This document shows positions 28,897-38,783 of a stretch of DNA of 64,000 nt, in pieces. How positions within the stretch are numbered: the stretch's first letter is position 1; every line of letters starts with the position of its first letter. The DNA comes from a virus (lineage: Duplodnaviria > Caudoviricetes): IMG/VR virus record IMGVR_UViG_2537561663_000008. The stretch is one strand, 5' to 3'. The notes below the pieces were generated by a model. The model searched no databases, was not told where the DNA came from, and saw nothing but the letters and a program-made list of their open reading frames with translations. Both the position numbers and the translations under genes were made by a program.

Positions 28897-29274
28897 TCAC
28901 TTGTCCATTTTCCAAAATCCGTAATCGGACCCGTCACCGGGATGATCACCGAAATAGTACCCATCCGGTGAGTAACTATCGAGCGTGTCGAACAGCGATT
29001 CCAGCAATCCCGCCGCGTCATCGCTGTTCCACCAGTCTGCTTCTCTGTTCTCCATGGCATGGGCGGGGACGGCATTCATCACCTGTACGTACTCCGGTGT
29101 GTCACGGATAACGTCCAAGAACGCCGGAATCAGATCCTGCGTGCGCATCGTGCCGTGGGAGATGCTCTCTCCCGGCACGGCATGGAGGCGGTTTTGTGTC
29201 CTCTCGTCTATGAACATGGCGTTTAGATAAAGGGCAGACGGGTATCTTCCAGCATGGGGGCCAGCATTTGACAC
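28897..29274 (-). CDS. Hypothetical protein (start probably about 29214)
   Basis: SISHGTMRTQDLIPAF...GYYFGDHPGDGSDYGFW, a common phage motif. Confidence 0.7.
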   Translation of the reverse strand: MSNAGPHAGRYPSALYLNAMFIDERTQNRLHAVPGESISHGTMRTQDLIPAFLDVIRDTPEYVQVMNAVPAHAMENREADWWNSDDAAGLLESLFDTLDSYSPDGYYFGDHPGDGSDYGFWKMDK

Positions 29275-29702
29275 ATCTCGTATGAAGCACGGTTGCGGTC
29301 ATCAATGCAGCGTGAATCACGCCCTGCCATAGCGGTAATGGAAGCCTTTACCGTTCTGAAGAATGTCTGTTCCAGTGTCTTGTGGAAATAAGGAAGAGCC
29401 TGGGCGAAACGTTCGGACTTGAATCCCAAATCGTTCATGGCGTATTCCAGCTGTTTGGCCGCCTTGTACTCGCGGCTGTTCTCCAGGCTTTCCGGAATAT
29501 CACCGAACTGTGCGGTCCGGAGCTGGCGTTCCAGTTCGATGACGGCCACCGAAAGCAACAGCTTGATGGCTTCCGGGTTGCCGATACCGTGTTTCTGCCC
29601 GTCAGCGGTATGGAACTCGATCAGGTTTACACTGTTATTCTCTTGTAATTCTTTGTAGCATGCGAGGGTCTCGCTGAGCGCTTTTGCTTTCTCTTTATCC
29701 AT
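29223..29702 (-). CDS. Hypothetical protein
   Basis: Likely start MDKEKAKAL; the 5' extension in the ORF track overlaps the next gene. Confidence 0.7.
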   Translation of the reverse strand: MDKEKAKALSETLACYKELQENNSVNLIEFHTADGQKHGIGNPEAIKLLLSVAVIELERQLRTAQFGDIPESLENSREYKAAKQLEYAMNDLGFKSERFAQALPYFHKTLEQTFFRTVKASITAMAGRDSRCIDDRNRASYEMCQMLAPMLEDTRLPFI

Positions 29703-29706
29703 AATT

Positions 29707-29982
29707 TTATCTGATTTGATTGTTATTGCACACAAGTACGTCCCCGACGATGAAGTCTTTCGACGCCGGGTGATGAGCACGGAATATCCTGCTCGCTTCA
29801 AGATTGAGGGACAGAGGGATAAGTTTGCCTTCCTCGTTGACGACCATTGTCGTGTTCCCGTCCAGTTCCACCAGTTCGATGTAGCCGCCGACAATCGCCT
29901 GCATCTCCTCCAGCGTGAAGTCTGAGCCATCGGCTGGCTGCACGGGTTGGCGTGTTCCGTCCGTTTTGATGATTTCTGTCAT
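29707..29982 (-). CDS. DUF3846-like protein
   Basis: FTLEEMQAIVGGYIE...VNEEGKL...N.EAS...IVGDVLV. Confidence 0.8.
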   Translation of the reverse strand: MTEIIKTDGTRQPVQPADGSDFTLEEMQAIVGGYIELVELDGNTTMVVNEEGKLIPLSLNLEASRIFRAHHPASKDFIVGDVLVCNNNQIR

Positions 29983-29997
29983 AGTTGCTTTGAAATT

Positions 29998-30456
29998 TTA
30001 AGATTCATGACTCGCCAGTATATCCAAAATCTGTTGCAAAGGGAATTTTTCAGTCCAGAATCGCTCGTCGGTATGTTTGCCGTACGCCCGGTATCTGGCT
30101 TCCCCGTTTGCAAATACCGCCAAGATATGGCCGACCAGCACATTGTCCGGCGGAACCAACCTTTCCAGTTCCGTTTCGGTCAGTTCCACGAAGCACCAGT
30201 TATTGTCTTCCGGCAAGTCCTCGCTGCCCAGTATCCCGTCCTCGTCCGGCTGGTAAAAACCAACCGATATGTCATAAAAGTTCAAAGACTGGAAACTGAT
30301 GTCATCCTTGAATGGCTTGACGGCTTCCAGCCTGCCGGACTGTGTCTGTCTCCACTCTTTTGACAGGTACACGATTGCAAAGTCGCAACAGTCCCATGCA
30401 CTGTCAGTTCCTGCCTTGAGCAGGAGGTATGGGGTAGGTTCATTTGAGATTTTCAT
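29998..30456 (-). CDS. Hypothetical protein
   Basis: 152 aa ORF. Confidence 0.7.
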   Translation of the reverse strand: MKISNEPTPYLLLKAGTDSAWDCCDFAIVYLSKEWRQTQSGRLEAVKPFKDDISFQSLNFYDISVGFYQPDEDGILGSEDLPEDNNWCFVELTETELERLVPPDNVLVGHILAVFANGEARYRAYGKHTDERFWTEKFPLQQILDILASHES

Positions 30457-31349
30457 CGTATTTCCCTCCTTTTATGCCACGCGTGATACCGTTTCACGGT
30501 GCGTAGCTGGTTAATGATATGGCCAAAAAGCTCGCGTGAATAGATGCGGTAATGGAACACAGCCGAATACTCGCATACATTGCCGTGAAAGTCCACGTGG
30601 GAGCGGTCATCCGCAAAGTCGAACAAGTCGCCCTGGATTTCCAGCGTGTATTTGTTCTTCCGTAGCCAGTCAAAAAACTCGAAGATGTCCTTCTTTTGGG
30701 AGTAGAAAGCGCAGTATTCGTAGCGGTTTCCGCGCAGGTTCCTCAGCAATGCCGCCATCTCGTTCCGTTCCCGGCGGTCGTCAAATTCGGATCCCGTCCG
30801 AGTGGCGAGGCTTTTCAAGAAATACCTCTTGCCCTCATGTTCGAAATGGTATGGTATGTAGGTGACCGCCTTCCGGTACCAATTGACATATTTGACAAAG
30901 GAAGCCTTCTTGACGATAGCGGGATGCAGGTTCACTTTCTCCATATGTTCCCGAATCTGGCGGTAGATTTCCGCATTGGAAAGACGTATGGGACGTTCCG
31001 CCCGGAAATACCTGCCGTCCGACTCGAAACAGAGCGCGTACAGGTTTCGGTAATACGGTTCCCCGACAAAGAACCAGTCGCTCTGCATGCGGGCCGGAGG
31101 CAGGCATTCCAGCAGTTCGTAATAACGTTCCTCCGTAATTTCATGGAAGGGCTTGCAAAGTGCCCGGGTATAACGCTTCACAAGCAGCGTCATGCGTACC
31201 GGTGATACAGCGACCAGGTACGGGTTCTTCTCCCTTTCGCGCAGTGCTTCCAGCGTCTCGCCGCCGTAGTCGCTGTGCATGTCATCCGACATCGACGTGA
31301 GGCATGTCCCGTCGAAATAACGTGAATCGATGATGTATCTCATGGGCAC
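30453..31349 (-). CDS. DUF1419-like domain protein
   Basis: EITEERYYELLECLPP...FFVGEP motif. Confidence 0.6.
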   Translation of the reverse strand: MPMRYIIDSRYFDGTCLTSMSDDMHSDYGGETLEALREREKNPYLVAVSPVRMTLLVKRYTRALCKPFHEITEERYYELLECLPPARMQSDWFFVGEPYYRNLYALCFESDGRYFRAERPIRLSNAEIYRQIREHMEKVNLHPAIVKKASFVKYVNWYRKAVTYIPYHFEHEGKRYFLKSLATRTGSEFDDRRERNEMAALLRNLRGNRYEYCAFYSQKKDIFEFFDWLRKNKYTLEIQGDLFDFADDRSHVDFHGNVCEYSAVFHYRIYSRELFGHIINQLRTVKRYHAWHKRREIR

Positions 31350-31353
31350 TGGA

Positions 31354-32451
31354 TTAAATGGTTATCTTCAACACCTGACCGGCGGCATATTCGGCATTGC
31401 GGGTGAGCTGGCGCTGCCATGCCTGGTTGCGTGGCGCCCACTTGAAAGCGTTACGCTTCAAGGTCGTACGCATATCGGTATCGGGGATTTTATCGAAGAG
31501 GATTTGCAGGCGGTCTTCTTCGAAGTTGTAGACCACCTTGCCGCCATCGAACGGAATCTCACGATTTTCACGGCTTGCCCGTTCCTGTTGCTTTTCCCGC
31601 ACCTTGCGGACGAGTTCGGGATACTTGAAGATTGAATGGCGTGCCGTGACGACAGGTTTCTTGACTTTGTCGTTCCACTCTCGCAAACGAGCGACGGCAC
31701 GGTCGATGATTTCCACGTTGCCATGGTTGACATAGGTGGAGAGTCGCCCGGTGAGGTTACTGACGAAGAGAGCCCGGCTATAGCCTCGTGCCGTACCCGT
31801 ATCGATACCGTGAATGGTCGAGGCGGCATCGTCGATAATGGCTTTGACCTTCTGCCACTCCTCCTCGAGACGCTGTTCTTCGGGCTTGGCCGTTTCGGTA
31901 GCCTTGCGAATCGCTTCGAGTGCACGTTCTCGCCATTCCCGGAACGCCGTGACGCTCCTGGCGTGGCTGTTGCAGGCCTTTTCGTTGCGGCCCGTGTTGA
32001 AGCGTGCAGGTCCCGTAATCATCGCGCTGGCACAACGGCTGTTGGCGGCGATCATGGCAGAGAAATAGCGTTTGTAGTTTTCCATGTAACGTTCCCGCTG
32101 CTGCTCGGGCATCGACTGCAAATCCTCGTGCAGTTCCTTTTCGTGCGAGGCGATGTCTGACTCACCCCGCTCGTCGGGTGAGAAAGAGGTGAGGTTGTAG
32201 GAGCTACACGCCTGCTTGAAATATTCTTCCAGATAGCCCGGGTGCGCCACTTCCACAACTTCCCAGTCCTTGAAGTCCGCCGGGGCGAGGATTTCTTCCC
32301 TGCCCGGATTCCCTACAAGATGGGAATAGCTGCAATACCCGTGTCTCTTTCCCCTGAAAAGAAATGCTACCGGTTCGCTTTCCGGGGCATCCACTCGCCG
32401 CACCATGGTCACACGATGGGCATTTTCCTTTGTCAATAATGTTGTTTCCAT
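31354..32451 (-). CDS. Polyvalent-protein-type domain protein (DUF3560-like C-terminus)
   Basis: SAMITGPARF and RLQILFDKIPD...LKRNAFKWAPRNQAWQR motifs. Confidence 0.6.
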   Translation of the reverse strand: METTLLTKENAHRVTMVRRVDAPESEPVAFLFRGKRHGYCSYSHLVGNPGREEILAPADFKDWEVVEVAHPGYLEEYFKQACSSYNLTSFSPDERGESDIASHEKELHEDLQSMPEQQRERYMENYKRYFSAMIAANSRCASAMITGPARFNTGRNEKACNSHARSVTAFREWRERALEAIRKATETAKPEEQRLEEEWQKVKAIIDDAASTIHGIDTGTARGYSRALFVSNLTGRLSTYVNHGNVEIIDRAVARLREWNDKVKKPVVTARHSIFKYPELVRKVREKQQERASRENREIPFDGGKVVYNFEEDRLQILFDKIPDTDMRTTLKRNAFKWAPRNQAWQRQLTRNAEYAAGQVLKITI

Positions 32452-32491
32452 ACCTTTCTTCTTGATTTCGTTATTTGATTGTTTCCGATTT

Positions 32492-33019
32492 TTATTGTTG
32501 CTTCATCCGGGCGACATGGTCCATTACAGAGGCGAACCCCACCTCGATACCTATCTGGTATCCGCCCTTGATGGTCGATTCCAGCTCCGCCTCGCTTTCG
32601 ATCAGGGATTCCGAATCATCGGCATAAAGCCTGTACAGGGAGAATACGTCTGTCTCCCATAGCTTCCGGGCATTTTCCGCCGATACAAGCAGCCACACGA
32701 AACCGTCCTCACGGGTTACCTTGACGGCGGCTTCGCTATGGCTCAGAGTCCGCCACTCCTTGATGTCCAGTGCCACCCTCCACACGATATACATCAGCGC
32801 ATCGTGGCGGCTTTTAATATCAGGGGAATCGCACAGGCGGCTGGCCACATCTTTGAGTGTCCGGAAAGAGTCCGCGATGAACTGCTCCACGACATACGGC
32901 TTTTCGGCAATGGCGGAACAGGCATCGTCCGCCCTGCCTGATTCTTGTACGGCCTGAATATCCTCCTCTTCAAGGAAGATTTCACGGTGCAGGTAGTCCA
33001 AGTAGTAATATGATTTCAT
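32492..33019 (-). CDS. Hypothetical protein
   Basis: 175 aa ORF. Confidence 0.7.
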   Translation of the reverse strand: MKSYYYLDYLHREIFLEEEDIQAVQESGRADDACSAIAEKPYVVEQFIADSFRTLKDVASRLCDSPDIKSRHDALMYIVWRVALDIKEWRTLSHSEAAVKVTREDGFVWLLVSAENARKLWETDVFSLYRLYADDSESLIESEAELESTIKGGYQIGIEVGFASVMDHVARMKQQ

Positions 33020-33024
33020 TCCGC

Positions 33025-33264
33025 TTATTCTTTGGGGGTGAAAGTGATTCTCGTGTGCCCGTCATAACCGAAGGACGGTTTCAGGCCGAAGGCTTCGGCA
33101 TCGCTGCTGATACAGCAGATGTCCCAAACCTCCAACTTTCCGGCGCAGGTTATGATGGTATTGTTTTCAGATATTTGCGGCGACTTGTCTTTCAATGCAG
33201 CCCCGCTGCAGATGCCGCGCAGAATAACACCGCGCTGATGGGTGGTAAGTTCTTTCGTTTCCAT
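33025..33264 (-). CDS. Small hypothetical protein
   Basis: 79 aa ORF. Confidence 0.6.
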   Translation of the reverse strand: METKELTTHQRGVILRGICSGAALKDKSPQISENNTIITCAGKLEVWDICCISSDAEAFGLKPSFGYDGHTRITFTPKE

Positions 33265-33268
33265 AGAC

Positions 33269-33490
33269 CTAATCTTTTGCTTTTACACCGAACATGTTCT
33301 CCATTGTACTGGCGAGGGCTTCCTTGAAACCGTCGCTTACGCCCCAGTATTCTAGTAACCCGTTACCGATGACCTGCATCTGTTCGTCGGTGGGCATATC
33401 GCCGTCATACCCGTATTCCTTGAGCAGGGCACGGCTGATGATGACACCTTTTACCTCGTTGATTTTATGTTTCTCTTCCATAGCCGTCAA
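33269..33490 (-). CDS. Small hypothetical protein
   Basis: 73 aa ORF. Confidence 0.6.
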   Translation of the reverse strand: MTAMEEKHKINEVKGVIISRALLKEYGYDGDMPTDEQMQVIGNGLLEYWGVSDGFKEALASTMENMFGVKAKD

Positions 33491-33630
33491 TACATTTTTA
33501 CCCGCAGACCAGATATCTGCTTTCTCGTTATTCCTGTCATTTTCTTTATCCGTTTATAAAAGCATAGGGGCATTCCGCCCCCATAGTTGTTATTAATTCA
33601 TATTATTTTACATGAATTTTTCCGGAACAC

Positions 33631-33894
33631 CTATCCGGCATAGATGTACTTGAGCTTGGGTACTCCGTTCTGGAGCACGGTGAAGGCGTTTTCTTCCACC
33701 TGCACGTCCTTTGCCTTTGGCCACCATAGCCACGAGAGTTTCCCGTCGGGTTTGAGGAATGCCACGGCATTACCCTGCACTTTCCCGACTTCACGCACGC
33801 CGAGGTCTTCTCCGCCCCCGAACATCCGGATGCACCGCCACTTCGAGCCAAGCGTCATTTTCCGCTTCACGTCTGCTAATGTTTTCATACTCAT
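33631..33894 (-). CDS. Small hypothetical protein
   Basis: 87 aa ORF. Confidence 0.65.
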   Translation of the reverse strand: MSMKTLADVKRKMTLGSKWRCIRMFGGGEDLGVREVGKVQGNAVAFLKPDGKLSWLWWPKAKDVQVEENAFTVLQNGVPKLKYIYAG

Positions 33895-33904
33895 TGCGTT
33901 TTTA

Positions 33905-34297
33905 TTATTGCATATAAATTCTACATTTCCGGTTGCACCGTCTCAGGCTGTCCGCCGAGAGCGGATAACTGCGGTTCAGATGGTCGGGAAACCCTTCTCG
34001 GAACACCATCTCCGCCGTGGTGTACTCCTTGCACCATTTCCGCCGGCGCCTTCCACGGGCAGGTTTCGTTTCCGGCATCCGCTTTTTCGGGGATTTCGGC
34101 ACGCGCCATTTCCCACCGACAAACACCGCTTTGTATTCCCGTTGTAACACGCCGCTGCAATACGCCGCCACGCTGACGGCGGGCACACTTCCGAGCTGTC
34201 CCGTCGCGGCAAGGCTGTCAAGCGTATCGGTGGCAGCCTTGAAACTGGCAAAGCACCCGTAACTGCGGGTGCGCTTTGCGTCAAACACTTCTATCAT
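33905..34297 (-). CDS. Basic hypothetical protein
   Basis: Likely start MIEVFDAK after an AT-rich translation-initiation region. Confidence 0.6.
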   Translation of the reverse strand: MIEVFDAKRTRSYGCFASFKAATDTLDSLAATGQLGSVPAVSVAAYCSGVLQREYKAVFVGGKWRVPKSPKKRMPETKPARGRRRRKWCKEYTTAEMVFREGFPDHLNRSYPLSADSLRRCNRKCRIYMQ

Positions 34298-34567
34298 ATT
34301 TATTCGTTTTATTATTGGCACATCCGTTCTCCGCTTCCCCGCACAGGATAACAGCGGAAGCACGGCAGGCGATTCCGCAGAACGCCAGACCGTGCTTAAC
34401 CGTGTTATATACAAGGTAGGCACAACGCCTCACGGCGCAAGGAAGTCATATCGGAGGGAATTTTAGAAAAGTGCGGGCATTTCAGGGTGCAATCCTGACA
34501 CAGTGTATATCAATGCCCGAAAAAGCGCACACGCCCCGCAGTTTCCGCAGCACGTGTGCGCGTCATG

Positions 34568-34939
34568 TTACTCGCCATCGTCCCCGCTGTCAATTCCTGC
34601 GGTGATGTTGCATATCTCCTGCAATGCCGATTCTATCTGCACAAGGTCGTCGATGTCGAACTTCACGGCATCGCAGTCCTTCTCCCACACTTGGCGGGCT
34701 ATGAAGACGGCATCATGCAGCGACCGCTCGGACTCTTCCAAAGCGGTTTTCAGGTCGTCCACGGTGTACTCCCCGTCCTGCGGCGGAGGTACAGTCCCGG
34801 CACCGTTTTTTGCCGGGAAATTCTTTTCGCCTATCACGTTACAGTTGCTTTCGCCCGAAATGAAAAGCGCGTATCCATGGCATACGCCACAAGAACACGC
34901 GCTTACGACGGCAGATACGAAAAGGGCAGGCAGTCCCAC
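34568..34939 (-). CDS. Hypothetical protein (start uncertain)
   Basis: Acidic helical C-terminal half; followed by a GC hairpin at about 34526-34560. Confidence 0.5.
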   Translation of the reverse strand: MGLPALFVSAVVSACSCGVCHGYALFISGESNCNVIGEKNFPAKNGAGTVPPPQDGEYTVDDLKTALEESERSLHDAVFIARQVWEKDCDAVKFDIDDLVQIESALQEICNITAGIDSGDDGE

Positions 34940-35004
34940 ACGTTCAGCGGGCTGTCTGCCGTCCTTTTGCCTTTTTCGGGCAGGTTTCAGTTACTCCGTT
35001 GCCC

Positions 35005-35577
35005 TTATGCCGCTTTTTTGCTTTCATCGGCAACCGTTCCGGCAGGCTGTTCCGCCACCTTTTCAGCCTTGCCGGTCTTGGTCGTTTTCTCGGCAGGCTT
35101 TTCGAGGCTGGCGAGGTTCGGGGCGAAATTCATGGCGTTGCGGATAGCCTTTGCAGCGGCATGGATTGTCTTTTGGAAATCACGGTTTGACTTCTCGAGG
35201 TCTACTTTGGTTGGCACAAGACCGATACGCGCCCAAACGCTGTCGGTAAGGTCGTACTTCTTGATACGGTTTCCCGACTTCTCGCAGATGATGATTTCCG
35301 CAGGGGTTGTGGCACGGAATTTCGAGCGTATGCCGTCGGCATCGGCACGCAGTTTCTTTTCCTCCGCAATGGTGTGCCACATAGTTGCGACCATGTTTTT
35401 AATCACACGGAAAATCTCGTTGTCCGACTTGTCGGCAGGCTCAAAGTCCGCACCGAAAAAGTGCTGTGCCGTCTGCACGAGTTCACCGTCCTTGTTGGTA
35501 GAGTTGTAAACCAACATGATACCTGCAAACGAACCAATGTTTGCATACTGTTCCTTGTTCAATTTAGAAGTTGCCAT
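35005..35577 (-). CDS. Hypothetical protein, first gene of the leftward block
   Basis: 190 aa, Lys/Ala-rich C-terminus. Confidence 0.75.
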   Translation of the reverse strand: MATSKLNKEQYANIGSFAGIMLVYNSTNKDGELVQTAQHFFGADFEPADKSDNEIFRVIKNMVATMWHTIAEEKKLRADADGIRSKFRATTPAEIIICEKSGNRIKKYDLTDSVWARIGLVPTKVDLEKSNRDFQKTIHAAAKAIRNAMNFAPNLASLEKPAEKTTKTGKAEKVAEQPAGTVADESKKAA

Positions 35578-35616
35578 AATGATAAAATTTTAGAAACACT
35601 GCGCAAAATCACGCAT

Positions 35617-35689
35617 TGCGGGCACTCGGGGAGTCGAACCCCGAACTCTGCACCATAGCGCAAAGTGTGGCATTTCCTGCCACGCGCCC
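35617..35689 (-). ncRNA. tRNA-like cloverleaf
   Basis: GGGCGC/GTGCCC acceptor-like stem, GTGGCA-GGAAA-TGCCAC arm, CTTTGCGC-TATG-GTGCAGAG arm, and canonical T arm CGGGG-TTCGACT-CCCCG; no CCA and no standard anticodon loop. Confidence 0.55.
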
Positions 35690-35730
35690 AAAAATTTGCC
35701 GTGCATTTCACCCTGCACGGCAAAATTTTT
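35690..35730. other. Long inverted repeat (about 16-bp stem) immediately upstream of the tRNA-like element
   Basis: AAAAATTTGCCGTGCA-TTTCACCC-TGCACGGCAAAATTTTT; adjacent TAACTTTG promoter-like element at 35733-35740 (+). Confidence 0.7.
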
Positions 35731-37383
35731 CGTAACTTTGTCGCACTTAAACGTACCCCATAGCAGGCTATCCAAATGAGCGCATTTTCGGCATATCGTG
35801 TATTGGCTTACTCACGCATCACTCGTGTCGTGGCTCTGCGTTGCTTTACTCCAATTTCGGCAAGACGCTTCTCTGGCACGTCCCGGATCTTTCCCAATCC
35901 GGCAGCTAACTGTAAGGTGGGGCATTTAGGCGTACCGAGCCGGGTATTGGGCATAACATTGGCATATACATTTACCGGCGTCCCCTATGCGGATAGTTTT
36001 TACCGCTATCGTGTATTTTATTCCGAGCGCACAAGGGCGCAATTATGGCATTATTCTTACACGTCCTTTTTCCATACAACTCTCGCACTCCCAAATTTGC
36101 GTGCTTTGCGTATGCGGACTAAAAACACGTTTTTAGCCGTTCCAACTTGCTACATTGGTCTGTAGTCCTGCTCGGTGTGGTTATTTAACACCCTATTTAA
36201 TCGCTCCAAAGCGAACAGGCGAATTTTTGATTTTCCAAGCCTCAAAAATAGGTTTCCCACAAAAAGGGCTTTTTGTTTCTCGCTCTCGGCGGTCTTTGCT
36301 TTTCTGTTTTTTAATTCTGTTTTTTTACTATCTATTTTTTTATTCGTTTTTCTCCGTACTTGTTTGCCGTTTGTTTGGCTTTCGAGTACATGACTATTAT
36401 AAAACCGTTTTTCAGAACTGCAAAACTTTTTGAGAAAAAAATTTTGGAACGTTCCAAAAACAGCCTTTTTGCGAAGATGGAACGCACGCGCGCGAATATG
36501 ATTTGTAAATAACTGAATATCAATCAAATAGAAGAATTGATTTTCTTTGAAAAAAATTTTTTCCTTTGCAAAAATCAAAAAAGCCCCGTTTCAACGTATG
36601 TATAAAATCAAAACTTTCTTTATTAGTTGATTATCAGAATATTAAGTATTTGAAACGGATAAAATAGTATTGAAAAGATTTTTTCGCTTTCAATTTGTAA
36701 GTAATGATAATGCAAAAGACGTTTTTAGGCTTACTTTATACAAAAGTAAACCTAATAAATCATTGATATTCAGTGGTGTAATAAAAATAAAAAGATTGGG
36801 GAGGGTGTACCCTCGGGTGCGGATTCGGTCTCTGTCCTCGGGCCGTTTTTTCAAGTCCGGTTTTCCAAAACGGCTCAAAATGCGGCTTTCGGATTGAAAC
36901 TGTAAGCAGGTATCAAAAAATATACAGTAAAGTACTTGTATTTATCATGGTTGCTTAAGGTGCTGGTGTTCACCATGTCCCATATTTTTGAAATATTCTC
37001 ATTTGTGGATGCCTGTCCTTTCAATTTTCACGGGTGTACAGACTTTCTGCACGATTTCCGGGTTCCGGCTTGAAGCTGTTTTTTAGATACGCTGAAAACG
37101 CATCAAAAAATATATAGAGACACGTCGGTATATTGACTGTTCTTAACCGGATTGGACGACGGAAAAGGAGGATGTGTATTCCTGTCATTCAGTATGTTCG
37201 GATATGCTTTTCACAATCGGACAATCTTGTAATGTTTTGTTCCTTAATCATATAGAATATACAGAACGAAGCTATCCACATGGATTCCGACTTATTTGTA
37301 CGGTTTTTGTGACTTTATACAGGAAACCGTGAAAATGCAGAAGAAATGGGGTTCAGGCACCTGCCTTTTTGGTGAATTATATG

Positions 37384-37391
37384 TATATTTG
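37384..37391 (+). promoter_or_regulatory. Bacteroidetes -7 element TATATTTG
   Basis: TAnnTTTG, about 75 nt upstream of 37467. Confidence 0.5.
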
Positions 37392-37466
37392 CCGTATTGT
37401 ATCCACTTATGTATGAAGTATGGCATTTTGCTGTTACAGGAAATATCTGGATAAAGAATCGAAAGA

Positions 37467-38258
37467 ATGGAATCATATCATAAGAAGAAAATCGGGAGTA
37501 TTCCGAAAGACAGCACGGGTGGGTCGTCCATTCGCAAGGGAATGGTCGTCTTCAACGGTGGGACATCGGAAACCGGACTTGTGGGAGATGTCACGGGTAA
37601 TTGCGTGTCGGTTCCGGTAAGGATGACTGCGGGCAGAGAACTCGTTACCGATGACGCGGTCATGTTTCTGAATGATTGCCGGGAAGCGAGCGAAGAGCAA
37701 AAGATTGCCCTCCAACGCCTGCTGAACGAAGGCCATCTTGCATGGGACAAGCGCCGGGGTGTATGTTCGGAATCTCTCTATGCTCCCAAAGACGGGCAGT
37801 TGGTAAAACTCAGCATCCTGGATGAGCATGTAATACTGGGGGCTTTCAAGGAAATCGACGCAAAAGGACATGTTGTGCTGTATTGCCTGCTGGACGAAGA
37901 CGGGAGCCTGCGCTATTCCCTGCATGAAACAGTCGGGTACGCGGTGAATCTCCAGATACTGCCTATCGGAACCAGTGGCCGCGGCAGGTTTTCCGATGCC
38001 CTACGCCAGAAAGGGCTTGCATGGAACGGACGGCTGAAGGAACTCGAACGGCTGGCAACACGTGTCAGACGCGGTGACAAGTACTATTACCTGAATGACA
38101 TACTGGAAATCCGTGAATGCAGGGACAACAACAGGCCGGCAGACAGGAAACGGTTGGAATGTGGGAACTATTTCATGGAGCGGAGGGATGCCGAACTGGT
38201 ACGTGACTGCGTACGCTCTGTCGTAAGGCTGAACCGCGACAAGGATGCCAGACGGTAA
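37467..38258 (+). CDS. Hypothetical protein
   Basis: 263 aa ORF; first rightward gene. Confidence 0.75.
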   Translation: MESYHKKKIGSIPKDSTGGSSIRKGMVVFNGGTSETGLVGDVTGNCVSVPVRMTAGRELVTDDAVMFLNDCREASEEQKIALQRLLNEGHLAWDKRRGVCSESLYAPKDGQLVKLSILDEHVILGAFKEIDAKGHVVLYCLLDEDGSLRYSLHETVGYAVNLQILPIGTSGRGRFSDALRQKGLAWNGRLKELERLATRVRRGDKYYYLNDILEIRECRDNNRPADRKRLECGNYFMERRDAELVRDCVRSVVRLNRDKDARR

Positions 38259-38745
38259 GAGGGTGACGGTATAAGGTATTCGTTCTGTTTCTCTCTCTTG
38301 TATCTGGGGAGGAAGTGGTCCTTTAATCCTCATCTTATCCGTTTTCAACACTTTCCGATTCAAAAAAACAAAAACAGACGGCGTGCCGTCTGTCATGATT
38401 TGTTTCTTTTTTGGTATCTTTTTTCTTTGCGTCAAAGAAAAAAGTACATCTTTCTTCTTGTATAATACTACTTATAGTATTGTTGCTACATTTGTAACAC
38501 CCCTCCTGTCAGATACACGGTACATTTGTACCACATTGAAAGGAAAGATGTGGCGAATTTCGCGTCTTTCCACCCAAATTCCACTATCGGGAGCATGAAT
38601 CGCAAGCCGATGTTGCCGCTTCGGAAAATTGCAGTCGCCTTTTGCAGGGCAGCATTGCAAGAACGAAAACGGTCTGATTTTCACGTGCAGGAAAATAACC
38701 GCAAAAAGAGATCCGATAAAACATCTATATATGAAAAATATCCCC

Positions 38746-38753
38746 TATATTTG
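38746..38753 (+). promoter_or_regulatory. Bacteroidetes -7 element TATATTTG for the RloA/RloB-like operon
   Basis: TAnnTTTG, about 30 nt upstream of ATG. Confidence 0.6.
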
Positions 38754-38783
38754 CATAAAACTCACATATAACTGCGATATAAT

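Noticed and set aside
35617-35689. Functional canonical tRNA or tRNA-Sec
   Set aside because: No 7-nt anticodon loop, no long variable arm and no CCA; kept only as tRNA-like.
36150-36578. 142-aa Lys/Phe-rich ORF
   Set aside because: Low-complexity translation of A/T runs; probably non-coding.
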